Positions 20,781 to 29,209 of a DNA stretch of 64,000 bases are shown one piece after another (position 1 is the stretch's first letter; every line of letters begins with the position of its first letter). The DNA lies in contig OY762069.1 of NCBI GenBank assembly GCA_963665095.1, positions 6,752,001 to 6,816,000 of the forward strand. Direction: 5' to 3'. This DNA comes from an uncultured Desulfobacter sp. Lineage in GTDB: Bacteria; Desulfobacterota; Desulfobacteria; Desulfobacterales; Desulfobacteraceae. Made by a program: the position numbers and the translations under genes. The notes below the pieces were generated by a model, which saw nothing but the letters and a program-made list of their open reading frames with translations, was not told where the DNA came from and did no database searches.

Positions 20781-22630
20781 CCCAAATCCACCGCCAATTT
20801 TTTACGTGGCATTCCGTGGCTGGATTTTTTGCTTTTTCTTAAAAAATTTCCAGCCGCGTGCGTGGCTTTTGGCATAACCGGCGTCCGCGCTACAATTCGG
20901 ACAGAATTTTAGACGCACGTCCCCCTTTGTACTTCCATTCCTTTCAAAATTCCAACAAATTATCCAGTTACCTCCTGAGAACCGTTATCCTGACGACAGC
21001 CCTTCCAGCAAGGCGATCCGTTTTCGGGCTCCTACTAAAACGTTAAAGCAAGGATGACCTTTGGATAGCCTAAGGATCAACTCTCTGGACCTTTTTACTA
21101 TTCGACCAGGGATATTGATAATTGAAAACCGGATGGCTTTCATCCTTCTGCCCATCATTTGGGGCTCGAATGCCAAGCGTTTCAACATCTGGTTTAGATT
21201 AAGCGCCAGGATCATCATCCACCACCAGGCTGCATTTTCTCCAAAGTTACCCGAAGGCAATGTCCCCCCGGCCAGATCCTTTTTCATTATGGAGTGAACC
21301 TCCTCGCTTTTGCCGCATCTTTTGTGCAGCCAGTGGATAAGGTCCTCTCCATACATATCCTGTTCCGGAATATTGGAGACAATACCAAACACTTTATACC
21401 GGAGCTCATCCATCTCCATGGTCGGAAACGGCAATTGCATTTGTTTGTCTTCCATGCCTGGAAGAACCGGTTCAAGCACCTGACGTTTGGCAAGATAACG
21501 GTACTCAAGCCCTTTTTTGCTTTTCCCTATTCTTGAGGGGACAAAGCAGACTTCTGCCCATTCACTGCCGGTCTTCATTTTTTTACCGTTCATTTCTTTA
21601 TAGATCGGCTTCCATTCAGAGGAAGGAACTTGGGCTACGGCAATTTTGAATGATTGAGTGACATCACACCCAACAGCAAATTCAATTCTCCCGAATCGAT
21701 TGTTGTCTGCTGAATCACAATACTTTAAGAGGTCATGTTGGTAGCCGGCGGTATCTGATCTGAGCCGGACTTTTTCGACTCCCTGGGGTAAACAGGCCAG
21801 GGCTTCTTTGAAAACTCTTAATTGCTCGTGTCCTGCCGGAACATTCCCATCCCGAAATTCAGTGTGCAGGATCATATTCTGTTCAGCCCACCATGTATTG
21901 AAGGGCTGATAAGCCTTGAATCCTTTATAACAGAAGCTTGCTTCCTGTTTGCCTGTCTCAACCAGGGTCGCATCCTGATCCAGAGTGGCTGTTATGCATG
22001 GACGTGCCCCATTCATGGCATCACACATATCTTTGTTGATATGCGCGAAACCTTTAAGGTGGCGGTTAGAGGCCGGAATGAAAGCTTTGATTGAGGACTC
22101 TGAGCGTAACTGCTCTTGGGCGACATCATGAAAGGCCTTCAGGTATCTGAACATGGCTGAAGCAGAAGGAACAAATCGCTGTTTCTCTTTGCGCCATCTT
22201 CGTTCGATCTCACGCCTCTCTTTGCGTGGCAGCTTATAGTTCTCAGTTGAATGTAGTATCCTGCAAAATCCATGATCCGCATTTAAAATATTCAGATCGT
22301 CAACGCAGTTGCCGCCTGCAAGGTTCAACAGGATACCAGACAATACAAACTGGGAGTCTGTCCAGCCCTGGGAGCCCTTCTTTACGGTTAAATGCTTTTG
22401 AATCGATTTGGTCAGCCCAATCACTTTTGCCAAATCAAGATAAAGCGGCAGCCCACCCAATGCAGTTGAGCCTCCGTCAGTTTTTTCCTGTTCGTACTTG
22501 AATGGTAAGATTCCCTGTGGCATAGTTTGTTGCACCCCGTTGGTGATAGTTTTTTGTTCGCACAAATACTCTATCTGCTTGAACCATCAAGCACAACGGG
22601 GTTTTTTATTTTTTTGATGGTGGATTAGGG
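20781..22630 (-). mobile_element. IS1380-family insertion sequence, 1850 bp
   Basis: TIRs CCCAAATCCACCGCCAA / CCCTAATCCACCATCAA (14/17); 5-bp direct repeat AATTA at 20776-20780 and 22631-22635. Confidence 0.9.
20985..22523 (-). CDS. IS1380-family DDE transposase (about 512 aa)
   Basis: TLDQDAT, FRDGN, LRSDTAGY, RCGKSEEVH..MK, LPSGNFGENAAW; ATG at 22523 preferred over upstream TTG. Confidence 0.88.
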   Translation of the reverse strand: MPQGILPFKYEQEKTDGGSTALGGLPLYLDLAKVIGLTKSIQKHLTVKKGSQGWTDSQFVLSGILLNLAGGNCVDDLNILNADHGFCRILHSTENYKLPRKERREIERRWRKEKQRFVPSASAMFRYLKAFHDVAQEQLRSESSIKAFIPASNRHLKGFAHINKDMCDAMNGARPCITATLDQDATLVETGKQEASFCYKGFKAYQPFNTWWAEQNMILHTEFRDGNVPAGHEQLRVFKEALACLPQGVEKVRLRSDTAGYQHDLLKYCDSADNNRFGRIEFAVGCDVTQSFKIAVAQVPSSEWKPIYKEMNGKKMKTGSEWAEVCFVPSRIGKSKKGLEYRYLAKRQVLEPVLPGMEDKQMQLPFPTMEMDELRYKVFGIVSNIPEQDMYGEDLIHWLHKRCGKSEEVHSIMKKDLAGGTLPSGNFGENAAWWWMMILALNLNQMLKRLAFEPQMMGRRMKAIRFSIINIPGRIVKRSRELILRLSKGHPCFNVLVGARKRIALLEGLSSG

Positions 22631-23020
22631 AATTACCACTTGGTTATTTTTAGTACCGGAAATATATCTCTGCAGCCTTTTGAAAAATGCAGAATAGGGT
22701 ATATCAGAAGTGAGATTATACTATTGACTCTGGAGTAACGGCGGCGTATAAGCATAAAAAAATATTTTCAAAATATTTTATTCTGTTGCTGGTTCAAATT
22801 CAATCTTTCTATTATCTGCGGGTAGTTATGATTTCAACGCATTTAAGGCAATTGCTAAAGCTTTCATATAAGCTTCTTTAAAAGATCAAGGGGTACCTTT
22901 GCTGCGCCATCTCATGCCAGGCCCTTGAACAGATCCTTTCAACTGATATAAAAGTATACGCTTTTGGGAAGAGTGGTTTAAAGTCATGAATTATCAAGTC
23001 CCCCCCCTTCTTTGTATTTT

Positions 23021-24043
23021 ATGTCCTCTAAAAACCTCGTTGTTGATGACGAATCTCGTATTTGCCGAAGCCTTTCGCAATTGCTTTCCAGCTGGGAATA
23101 TGATGTTCAAACCTGCCAGAGCGGCAAAGAGGCCTTAAAAATCCTGGCCGATCAGTATTTCGATCTGGCCCTGATTGATGTGTTCATGGGGGATATGACT
23201 GGATTTCAATTGGTTGAAGAGCTGGCTTCCCAGGGTATTGAAACCCGTGTAATCATAATGACAGGCATGTCTTCTACCGATTCTGCGGTGAAAGCCCTGC
23301 GGATGGGCGTGGATGATTTTTTAAAAAAACCTTTTGAAGTCGAAGAACTGCATAATAGAGTAGCCCGGGTACTGAAACTGCAGTGGCTGGCCAGGCAGAT
23401 CCGTCAGAATGAGGAGAAATACCGAGTTCTGTTTGAGTCTTCGTTTGATGCCATTTATCTTATTGATTCTGAGACCGGAATCATTGTGGACTGTAATGAA
23501 GCGGCGGTTACGCATCACGGCAAACAAACCAAAGCAGATATTATCGGTACTACCCCTGTCAGCCTGTCTCCTGCATTGCAGCCGGATGGCGTCCCTTCTG
23601 AACTGCTTTCCAGGAAGTACTTCAAACAGGCGATGGAATCGGGCAGAAAAGAGTTTGAATGGGTTTATTGCAGGGAGGGGGGCTCAGAATTTAATGCCCT
23701 GATTGCCTTAACTGTTTTTGCGATGGGTGAAAAAAATTTTTTTATGGGGGTGTCAAGGGATAATACCTATCGCAAACAGGCACAGCAGGGCCGGGAAAAA
23801 TTGATAAAATCCCTTCAAAAATCATTGGAAAATGTTAAAACGCTAAGCGGTCTTTTACCCATCTGTGCCAGCTGCAAAAAGATACGCGATGACAACGGGT
23901 ACTGGAAACAGCTTGAAGCTCATATTCAGGAACACTCCTATGCCTCTTTCAGTCACAGCCTGTGCCCGGAGTGCTGCAACAGGCTTTATGGTCACGAAGA
24001 TTGGTACCGGAACCTGCAATTAAGAAAAAAGATCCGGAAATAA
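23021..24043 (+). CDS. Response regulator: REC-PAS plus C-terminal Cys-rich domain
   Basis: VVDDE, LIDVFM, FLKKPF; PAS ([12 protein letters not shown]); [10 protein letters not shown]...SHSLCPEC. Confidence 0.85.
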   Translation: MSSKNLVVDDESRICRSLSQLLSSWEYDVQTCQSGKEALKILADQYFDLALIDVFMGDMTGFQLVEELASQGIETRVIIMTGMSSTDSAVKALRMGVDDFLKKPFEVEELHNRVARVLKLQWLARQIRQNEEKYRVLFESSFDAIYLIDSETGIIVDCNEAAVTHHGKQTKADIIGTTPVSLSPALQPDGVPSELLSRKYFKQAMESGRKEFEWVYCREGGSEFNALIALTVFAMGEKNFFMGVSRDNTYRKQAQQGREKLIKSLQKSLENVKTLSGLLPICASCKKIRDDNGYWKQLEAHIQEHSYASFSHSLCPECCNRLYGHEDWYRNLQLRKKIRK

Positions 24044-24091
24044 GATTTCTATGGACAATGTTTTCTGTATTTGTTAAAAGACTCTGCTGTT

Positions 24092-24168
<77 letters not shown>

Positions 24169-24198
24169 CTCAAAAGACAATAGCCGCAAGGCTTTTAG

Positions 24199-24232
24199 AG
24201 GCACTCCGAGTTTCACCGGTAGTGCCTTTTTT
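24199..24232 (+). terminator. Intrinsic terminator after tRNA-Arg
   Basis: AGGCACT...AGTGCCT stem followed by T-tract. Confidence 0.7.
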
Positions 24233-24475
24233 GTCCTTAAACGCTGTCAATAGTCTTTCTTTTGCCTGTTTAATCATTTAGGTGTTTCTCTTGTTTTCGT
24301 TGTTCTTTTCAGATCATGGAATCATTGTTGAAGATATTGAATACATTAAATGCAGACCTCATAGCAGTTAGAGGTGCTTTTTGAGATGGGACGCGATATG
24401 TACTATTAAATTACAGAATCAGGATAACGACCTGTTCAGGGGTAGTTAAACAGATAAGTTAAAGGAGTGGATATT

Positions 24476-25018
24476 ATGAAAGCGGCACAGTTGACTGGTC
24501 CAAAGACCATTGAGATTAAAGAAGTTTTTCAGCCTGTGGCTGATGATAAAAAAGTGCTGCTTAAGATTGAACGATGCGGAATCTGTGGGTCCGACCTTCA
24601 CATATGGGAAAATGGCGCTCCGCAGGGCCTGATAATGGGGAATGAGTTTGCCCGGGTGATAGAAGACTTCTGTGGTGATGCTTCTGGCCTTGAAAAAGGG
24701 CTGCGGGTGACAGCGATGCCGTCAAATCCCTGCGGGACTTGCGAAGCCTGCAAAAGAATGGAGTACAATCGCTGCCTGAATATACTGGCAGACGCACCTG
24801 GTATTACCACCCCGGGTGCTTTTACACGCTATATATCCATCAGCCGGGATAGTGTGTGTCCGCTCCCGGAAGGGATGACTTTTAATCAGGGAGCCATGGT
24901 GGAGCCTTCTGCTGTTGCACTGCATGCGGTAACCCTGACAGGTGTCTGCATCAAGCAGGCGTTTGAAAAATTGATAGACCCGAACAGTGATGTCGTGAAA
25001 ATTATGGTCAGAGTGTAG
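24476..25018 (+). pseudogene. Zn-dependent MDR alcohol/sugar dehydrogenase remnant with internal deletion
   Basis: CGICGSDLH and CGTCEAC..C retained; GHE is GNE; sequence jumps from EPSAVALHAV to the C-terminal AFEKL..VKIMV, no GxGxxG domain; about 180 aa versus about 340 typical. Confidence 0.75.
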
Positions 25019-25058
25019 CAAAACCTTATCATCGAATCATGATAAAGACTGTTCAAAC

Positions 25059-25096
25059 AAAAAAAGGTTTTCAGCTTGAATTGCCAAAAACCTTTT
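25059..25096 (-). terminator. Terminator-like hairpin downstream of the displaced tRNA-Gln fragment
   Basis: AAAAGGTTTT...AAAACCTTTT; A-run on + gives a U-tract on -. Confidence 0.5.
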
Positions 25097-25105
25097 ACTG
25101 TTTTA

Positions 25106-25153
25106 GTGGCTGGCTGACTATGATTCGAACATAGATTGACGGAGTCAGAGTCC
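25106..25153 (-). repeat. att site: displaced 3' part of tRNA-Gln
   Basis: GTGGCTGGCTGACTATGATTCGAACATAGATTGACGGAGTCAGAGTCC; mismatches only at 25121 and 25131. Confidence 0.95.
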
Positions 25154-25207
25154 TTTTCTGTATCTTTCAGAGTTTTTCACATAATTTCATGAACACATTG
25201 TTATTAC

Positions 25208-25236
25208 TTGACAATATTGCAAATCGCCGGTATTTT
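25208..25236 (+). promoter_or_regulatory. Putative sigma-70 promoter of the integrase
   Basis: TTGACA-17 bp-TATTTT. Confidence 0.55.
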
Positions 25237-25276
25237 TCTTTCAGTTCTTTTCATAAAAAACCACCTTACATCAGCT

Positions 25277-25300
25277 AAAAAGTGGGGGCTATGTGGGGGC
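25277..25300 (+). repeat. Putative integrase arm-type site (copy 1)
   Basis: AAAAAGTGGGGGCTATGTGGGGGC, identical to 27985-28008; holds tandem GTGGGGGC. Confidence 0.75.
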
Positions 25301-25346
25301 TGGGTTAATCAACGGATATTCAAAACAATGTGGACAGGTGATCTGG

Positions 25347-26573
25347 ATGGGGCAATATAAAAGTACAAATTATCCAGGGGTCAGATATCGGGAACACAAA
25401 ACCCGTAAGCATGGCATAAAACCCGATCAGTATTTTTTTATTCGTTACCAGAAGGATGGAAAACGAAAAGAAGAGGGTGTAGGTTGGGCAAGTGAGGGAT
25501 GGACACCTTCAAAAGTTGCGTTGAAATTGGCGGAATTCAAAGAGGCTGCCACCACAGGGGAAGGGGAAAGCCGTTTGTCTGAAGCCCGGGCCAAAGCTGA
25601 GGCCAAGAAAAAACTTGAAAAAAAGGCTGAAATAGAGCGGGCGAACCGGGGAGTAACCATTCATGAATTTTTTCACAGGGTTTATTATCCTCAAATCCAG
25701 AAAGAAAAGAAAGAAAAAACTTATGGTCGTGAAGAATCCCTGTTTAGGCTTTGGATTGATAAAAATATCGGTGCATATACTTTTTGGGATGCCACCAAAG
25801 CCGATATAGAGGGCGTTTTTTATGACATTATTGACACCGGGAAAAGTGTTCGAACCGCTGAATATGCCATGACAACATTGAAGCAGATTTGGCGGGAAGC
25901 ACGGGAAAGTGAATGTGCCCCTGAAATGCCCCTGATTTCAAAAACTATGAAAAAGAAAATCAGCCAAAACAATAATGCCCGGATACGATTTCTTTCCCAT
26001 GCAGAAGCCCAGCGGCTTTTGGATGAACTTTTGAAGGTAAGCATCCTTCTTTATGAAAAAGCTTTAATCAGTCTTCACTGTGGGCTAAGGGCTTCAGAAA
26101 TATTTAATCTGACCTGGTCCCAAGTTGATTTTGATCATGCTATTTTCAATATAATAAACTCCAAAGGTGCTGGCCGGTCTGTAAACATGACAAAGGATGT
26201 TTTGTCTTTGATGAAGAATAAAGAACCAGGGCGGTTGAATGAACTTGTTTTCCCCGGCAGGCAAGGTAATCCATCCGGGCAAATCAGCCAGAAATTCAGG
26301 GAGGTGGTTAACAGGCTGTTCAACCAGGGTTTGACAGACCGGCGGGAGCGGGTCACGTTTCACACCTGCAGACATACTTGTGCAAGCTGGATGGTGAAAC
26401 AGGGAATCAGCCTTTACCTTGTACAAAAAGTATTGGGACATTCAACTATTCAAGTCACTGAGCGATACGCGCATTTGGCACCGGATCAATTGCAATTGGC
26501 CGCGAATGCCATTGACAGGGCCGTAGGTGAACACCGGGAAGAAAATATTATTCCGCTCAGGAAGAAAGCATAA
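25347..26573 (+). CDS. Tyrosine recombinase/integrase (408 aa)
   Basis: GLRASE (R), SKG (K), FHTCRHT (HxxR), LGHS (H), TERYAH (Y) all intact; N-terminal arm-binding-like region. Confidence 0.95.
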   Translation: MGQYKSTNYPGVRYREHKTRKHGIKPDQYFFIRYQKDGKRKEEGVGWASEGWTPSKVALKLAEFKEAATTGEGESRLSEARAKAEAKKKLEKKAEIERANRGVTIHEFFHRVYYPQIQKEKKEKTYGREESLFRLWIDKNIGAYTFWDATKADIEGVFYDIIDTGKSVRTAEYAMTTLKQIWREARESECAPEMPLISKTMKKKISQNNNARIRFLSHAEAQRLLDELLKVSILLYEKALISLHCGLRASEIFNLTWSQVDFDHAIFNIINSKGAGRSVNMTKDVLSLMKNKEPGRLNELVFPGRQGNPSGQISQKFREVVNRLFNQGLTDRRERVTFHTCRHTCASWMVKQGISLYLVQKVLGHSTIQVTERYAHLAPDQLQLAANAIDRAVGEHREENIIPLRKKA

Positions 26574-26624
26574 TACAATATTTCGATCAACACAGGGTTG
26601 AAAATTGACAATAGGAGGAACGAT

Positions 26625-26861
26625 ATGTCATCACAACTTGAACAGTGTGAACGGCAGGTCAAAAATTTAAGCATAGAGGAACGTGGGCAATTGATTCAAA
26701 GCCTTATAGAGGGCCTTGACGATATAGATGAACAAAACCTTGAAGCCCTTTGGATACAGGAAGCGTCAAGGCGTCTGAATGCGTATAAATCAGGCCGCAT
26801 AGAGAGCCGGAGCAGTGCAGATGTATTTTCTAATGCGCGGGCAAAGCTGAAAGAAATATAA
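26625..26861 (+). CDS. Putative addiction-module antitoxin (78 aa)
   Basis: LSIEERGQL..SL...W.QEASRRL.AY.SG pattern; AGGAGG SD; TAATG overlap with toxin. Confidence 0.8.
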   Translation: MSSQLEQCERQVKNLSIEERGQLIQSLIEGLDDIDEQNLEALWIQEASRRLNAYKSGRIESRSSADVFSNARAKLKEI

Positions 26862-27151
26862 TGCACATTCGTTTCCTGGCACCGGCTGAAAATGAAATGC
26901 TTGAAGCGGCGGCATATTATGAAATCCGTGTGAAGTCCCTTGGGGAAAATTTTCTTGATATTGTTGAAGCTGCCGTCAATGAAATTGCAGAAGACCCTTT
27001 TATCTGGATGGAAATTCATCCTGGAATCAGGCGGCGGTTAATACGTCGATTTCCATATTCGGTACTTTATTCAATCCACGATAATGAAATAGTCGTTGTC
27101 GCTGTTATGCATCATAAGCAAAGACCTAAATACTGGTTGGGCAGAAGATAA
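26861..27151 (+). CDS. RelE/ParE-family toxin
   Basis: APAENEMLEAAAYY...LGENF...RRRLIRRFPYSVLY...VAVMHHKQRPKYW. Confidence 0.88.
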   Translation: MHIRFLAPAENEMLEAAAYYEIRVKSLGENFLDIVEAAVNEIAEDPFIWMEIHPGIRRRLIRRFPYSVLYSIHDNEIVVVAVMHHKQRPKYWLGRR

Positions 27152-27174
27152 AAATAACCAAAGCCGGATATGCC

Positions 27175-27358
27175 ATGAAGATCTTTTTGACAGGAATCAT
27201 TGGAAAATAGGGCTCTGGTTACGTTTCCTTTGGATATAGCCAGCCAAGGGGAAACAGTGGACGAAGCAAGGGCAAAACTACAGGGAGGCCTTGAACTGTT
27301 TTTTGAATGTGCATCCCTATCAGAGATTGAAACAAGATGTAGGTCGAACAATATTTGA
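27175..27358 (+). pseudogene. HicB-like antitoxin pseudogene (absent from ORF track)
   Basis: MKIFLTGIIGK*GSGYVS, frameshift, then LDIASQGETVDEARAKLQGGLELFFECAS; TAG at 27208, frame change near 27229. Confidence 0.75.
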
Positions 27359-27371
27359 ATAATTCTGTCTT

Positions 27372-27437
27372 CCTGGGATAGGTGCAGGGTCGCTCCCCGG
27401 ACCGAATCGGCGGCAATCCTGAGCCGCCTTTCCCGGG
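27372..27437 (+). ncRNA. Predicted three-way-junction RNA in the leader of the 168-aa ORF
   Basis: Hand-folded: P1 CCTGGGA/TCCCGGG; P2 GGT..GGG-TCGCT-CCC..ACC; P3 GGCGGC-AATCCTGA-GCCGCC. GC-rich patch within AT-rich island. Confidence 0.4.
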
Positions 27438-27478
27438 TTTTTAAAATCAGGTGTCATTTCAGGAGATGGTAAAAGAGT

Positions 27479-27985
27479 ATGGCTATTCAGGATCAATTGC
27501 CTAAGATTGGCAGCCTAAAGAGTGACGGTTCTTTAGGTATAGATATCTACGGAATAAATAAGTCACCTTTTTTCAGGCCAGATTATCAAGAATTTAAAAG
27601 ACGTATGTATAACACAGAAAAAGACTGTGTTTCTGTGTTAATTGGATGTAGTGCATCTGATTTGTGGTTTGTCGTTGAACACCAAATCAGAATCCGAAAA
27701 GAATATTTAAAAAAGAATTCCCCATCTCATTTGACCAATATGGAAAAAGTGTTTGTTGAAATTGAAGACGAAGAATTAAGAGCATATATGGAGCTTTCGC
27801 ATTTGCTTGTTGAAATGAAAAGTACCCTTCATGATGGAGAGATCATGGGGAATTTAACAGGACATCACTCTACATCTGAAAATGACACAAGCATTGAAGA
27901 GCCAGAAGACTTTTTCACACATAAAGCGGTTTATGAAAGTACATCCTTTTTGGGCTGGATGTCAGAGAATTACCCCCATGCTTAA
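27479..27985 (+). CDS. Hypothetical protein (168 aa), island cargo
   Basis: AT-rich ORF, AGGAG 13 nt upstream; no family recognised. Confidence 0.65.
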   Translation: MAIQDQLPKIGSLKSDGSLGIDIYGINKSPFFRPDYQEFKRRMYNTEKDCVSVLIGCSASDLWFVVEHQIRIRKEYLKKNSPSHLTNMEKVFVEIEDEELRAYMELSHLLVEMKSTLHDGEIMGNLTGHHSTSENDTSIEEPEDFFTHKAVYESTSFLGWMSENYPHA

Positions 27986-28008
27986 AAAAGTGGGGGCTAT
28001 GTGGGGGC
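27985..28008 (+). repeat. Putative integrase arm-type site (copy 2)
   Basis: Identical to 25277-25300. Confidence 0.75.
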
Positions 28009-28024
28009 AAAGCCATTTGAACGC

Positions 28025-28059
28025 AAAAAAGGCTTTCATGGAAAACCGTGAAAGCCTTT
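28025..28059 (-). terminator. Terminator after tRNA-Gln (possibly bidirectional)
   Basis: AAAAAAGGCTTTCATGG-AAAA-CCGTGAAAGCCTTT. Confidence 0.75.
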
Positions 28060-28067
28060 ATTATCGG

Positions 28068-28141
28068 TGGCTGGCTGACTAGGATTCGAACCTAGATTGA
28101 CGGAGTCAGAGTCCGTAGTCCTGCCGTTGGACGATCAGCCA
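28068..28141 (-). tRNA. tRNA-Gln(CTG)
   Basis: 74 nt TGGCTGATCGTCCAACGGCAGGACTACGGACTCTGACTCCGTCAATCTAGGTTCGAATCCTAGTCAGCCAGCCA. Confidence 0.97.
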
Positions 28142-28345
28142 GCAGAAACAACGTCAGGGTTTATACAATAAAGGCTGACGTTAAGTCAAGAAAATATTCG
28201 TTGAAAGTTTGGAACATGTAAGCGTATCATAAAAATCAGGTGAAAAATTTTGACAGAAAAGATGATGGGGTTTGGCAAGCACAAAATTTTTCTGTCTGTA
28301 TTTTGTCAATAACTAAAATTGCCTGCTAAATTTCCATTGAACTAT

Positions 28346-29200
28346 ATGAATAATTGTCCCTCTAATTCATTTTTATCCCCTGGAAACCCATTGCCTGAGA
28401 CCAGGGAATTTTTTACACTTGTTGAATTATTAAGAGGATATCCTGATCTGGCTCTGGCGTTTTCCGGTGGCGCTGATTCTTCATTCCTGCTTGCTGTGGC
28501 AAAAGTTGCAGGGATAGATTCAATTTTGCCTGTTTCTGTTGTGACTGATTTCCTGACATGCAGGGAAAAGGTCCGCTTGAGGCGTTTGGGAAATGCTCTG
28601 AATATTGAACCCGTATTGGTATCCGTTGATATCCTTGCTATACCCGGGGTGGCGGAAAATTGCCAAAGGCGCTGCTATTATTGTAAACGGTGTTTATTTT
28701 CAGAGATCAGGAAAGTTGCCCGAAAAAGAGGGGTGCAGACTCTGGTTCATGGGGCCAATCTTGATGATTTGAAAGAGTTTCGGCCCGGCATGCAGGCGGC
28801 CCGGGAGCTAGGATATCTCGCCCCTCTGGTGGAAGCAGGGTTTACCAAGCGGAAAATTCGGGAATGTTCAAAAATTATTGGTCTTGAAACCTGGAATCTG
28901 CCTTCCCAGTCATGTCTGGCCACCCGCATTCCCGAAGGGGAAGAGATTACACATAAGAAGCTGGAAAGGGTGGAGGCAGTTGAGAATTTCCTCCATGATC
29001 TGGATTTTGTCAGGGTACGGGTCCGGTGCCATGGCGATCTGGCGCGTATTGAAACCGGACTGGATGAATTTCATCGGCTTCTTGGAAAGGACGTCAGGTC
29101 GAAAGTAACGAAAGCGTTTAAGGGCGCCGGATTCAAATTTGTCTGTCTGGATCTGAACGGGTATGTGCCTGCAGGATTTCATATAGCGGTCAAGGAGTAA
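28346..29200 (+). CDS. larE: LarE-family ATP-dependent sulfur transferase
   Basis: AFSGGADS PP-loop, RCYYCK, GANLDD..FRPG, SQSCLATRIP, VRVR.HG..ARIE; start uncertain. Confidence 0.85.
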   Translation: MNNCPSNSFLSPGNPLPETREFFTLVELLRGYPDLALAFSGGADSSFLLAVAKVAGIDSILPVSVVTDFLTCREKVRLRRLGNALNIEPVLVSVDILAIPGVAENCQRRCYYCKRCLFSEIRKVARKRGVQTLVHGANLDDLKEFRPGMQAARELGYLAPLVEAGFTKRKIRECSKIIGLETWNLPSQSCLATRIPEGEEITHKKLERVEAVENFLHDLDFVRVRVRCHGDLARIETGLDEFHRLLGKDVRSKVTKAFKGAGFKFVCLDLNGYVPAGFHIAVKE

Positions 29201-29209
29201 GGGGTTGAT

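Larger units (their letters stand above)
25106..28114. mobile_element. Minimal integrative element inserted in tRNA-Gln(CTG)
   Basis: 48-bp direct repeat (46/48) at 25106-25153 and 28067-28114 matching the 3' part of tRNA-Gln; tyrosine integrase; TA cargo. Confidence 0.92.

Noticed and set aside
20768..20783. GG-N10-GC spacing across the IS junction upstream of rpoH
   Set aside because: Lacks GGCAC and TTGC; too weak to call a sigma-54 promoter.
25293..25346. Longer integrase start at GTG 25293
   Set aside because: Lies inside the arm-type repeat with no SD; ATG 25347 has an SD-like AGGTGA.
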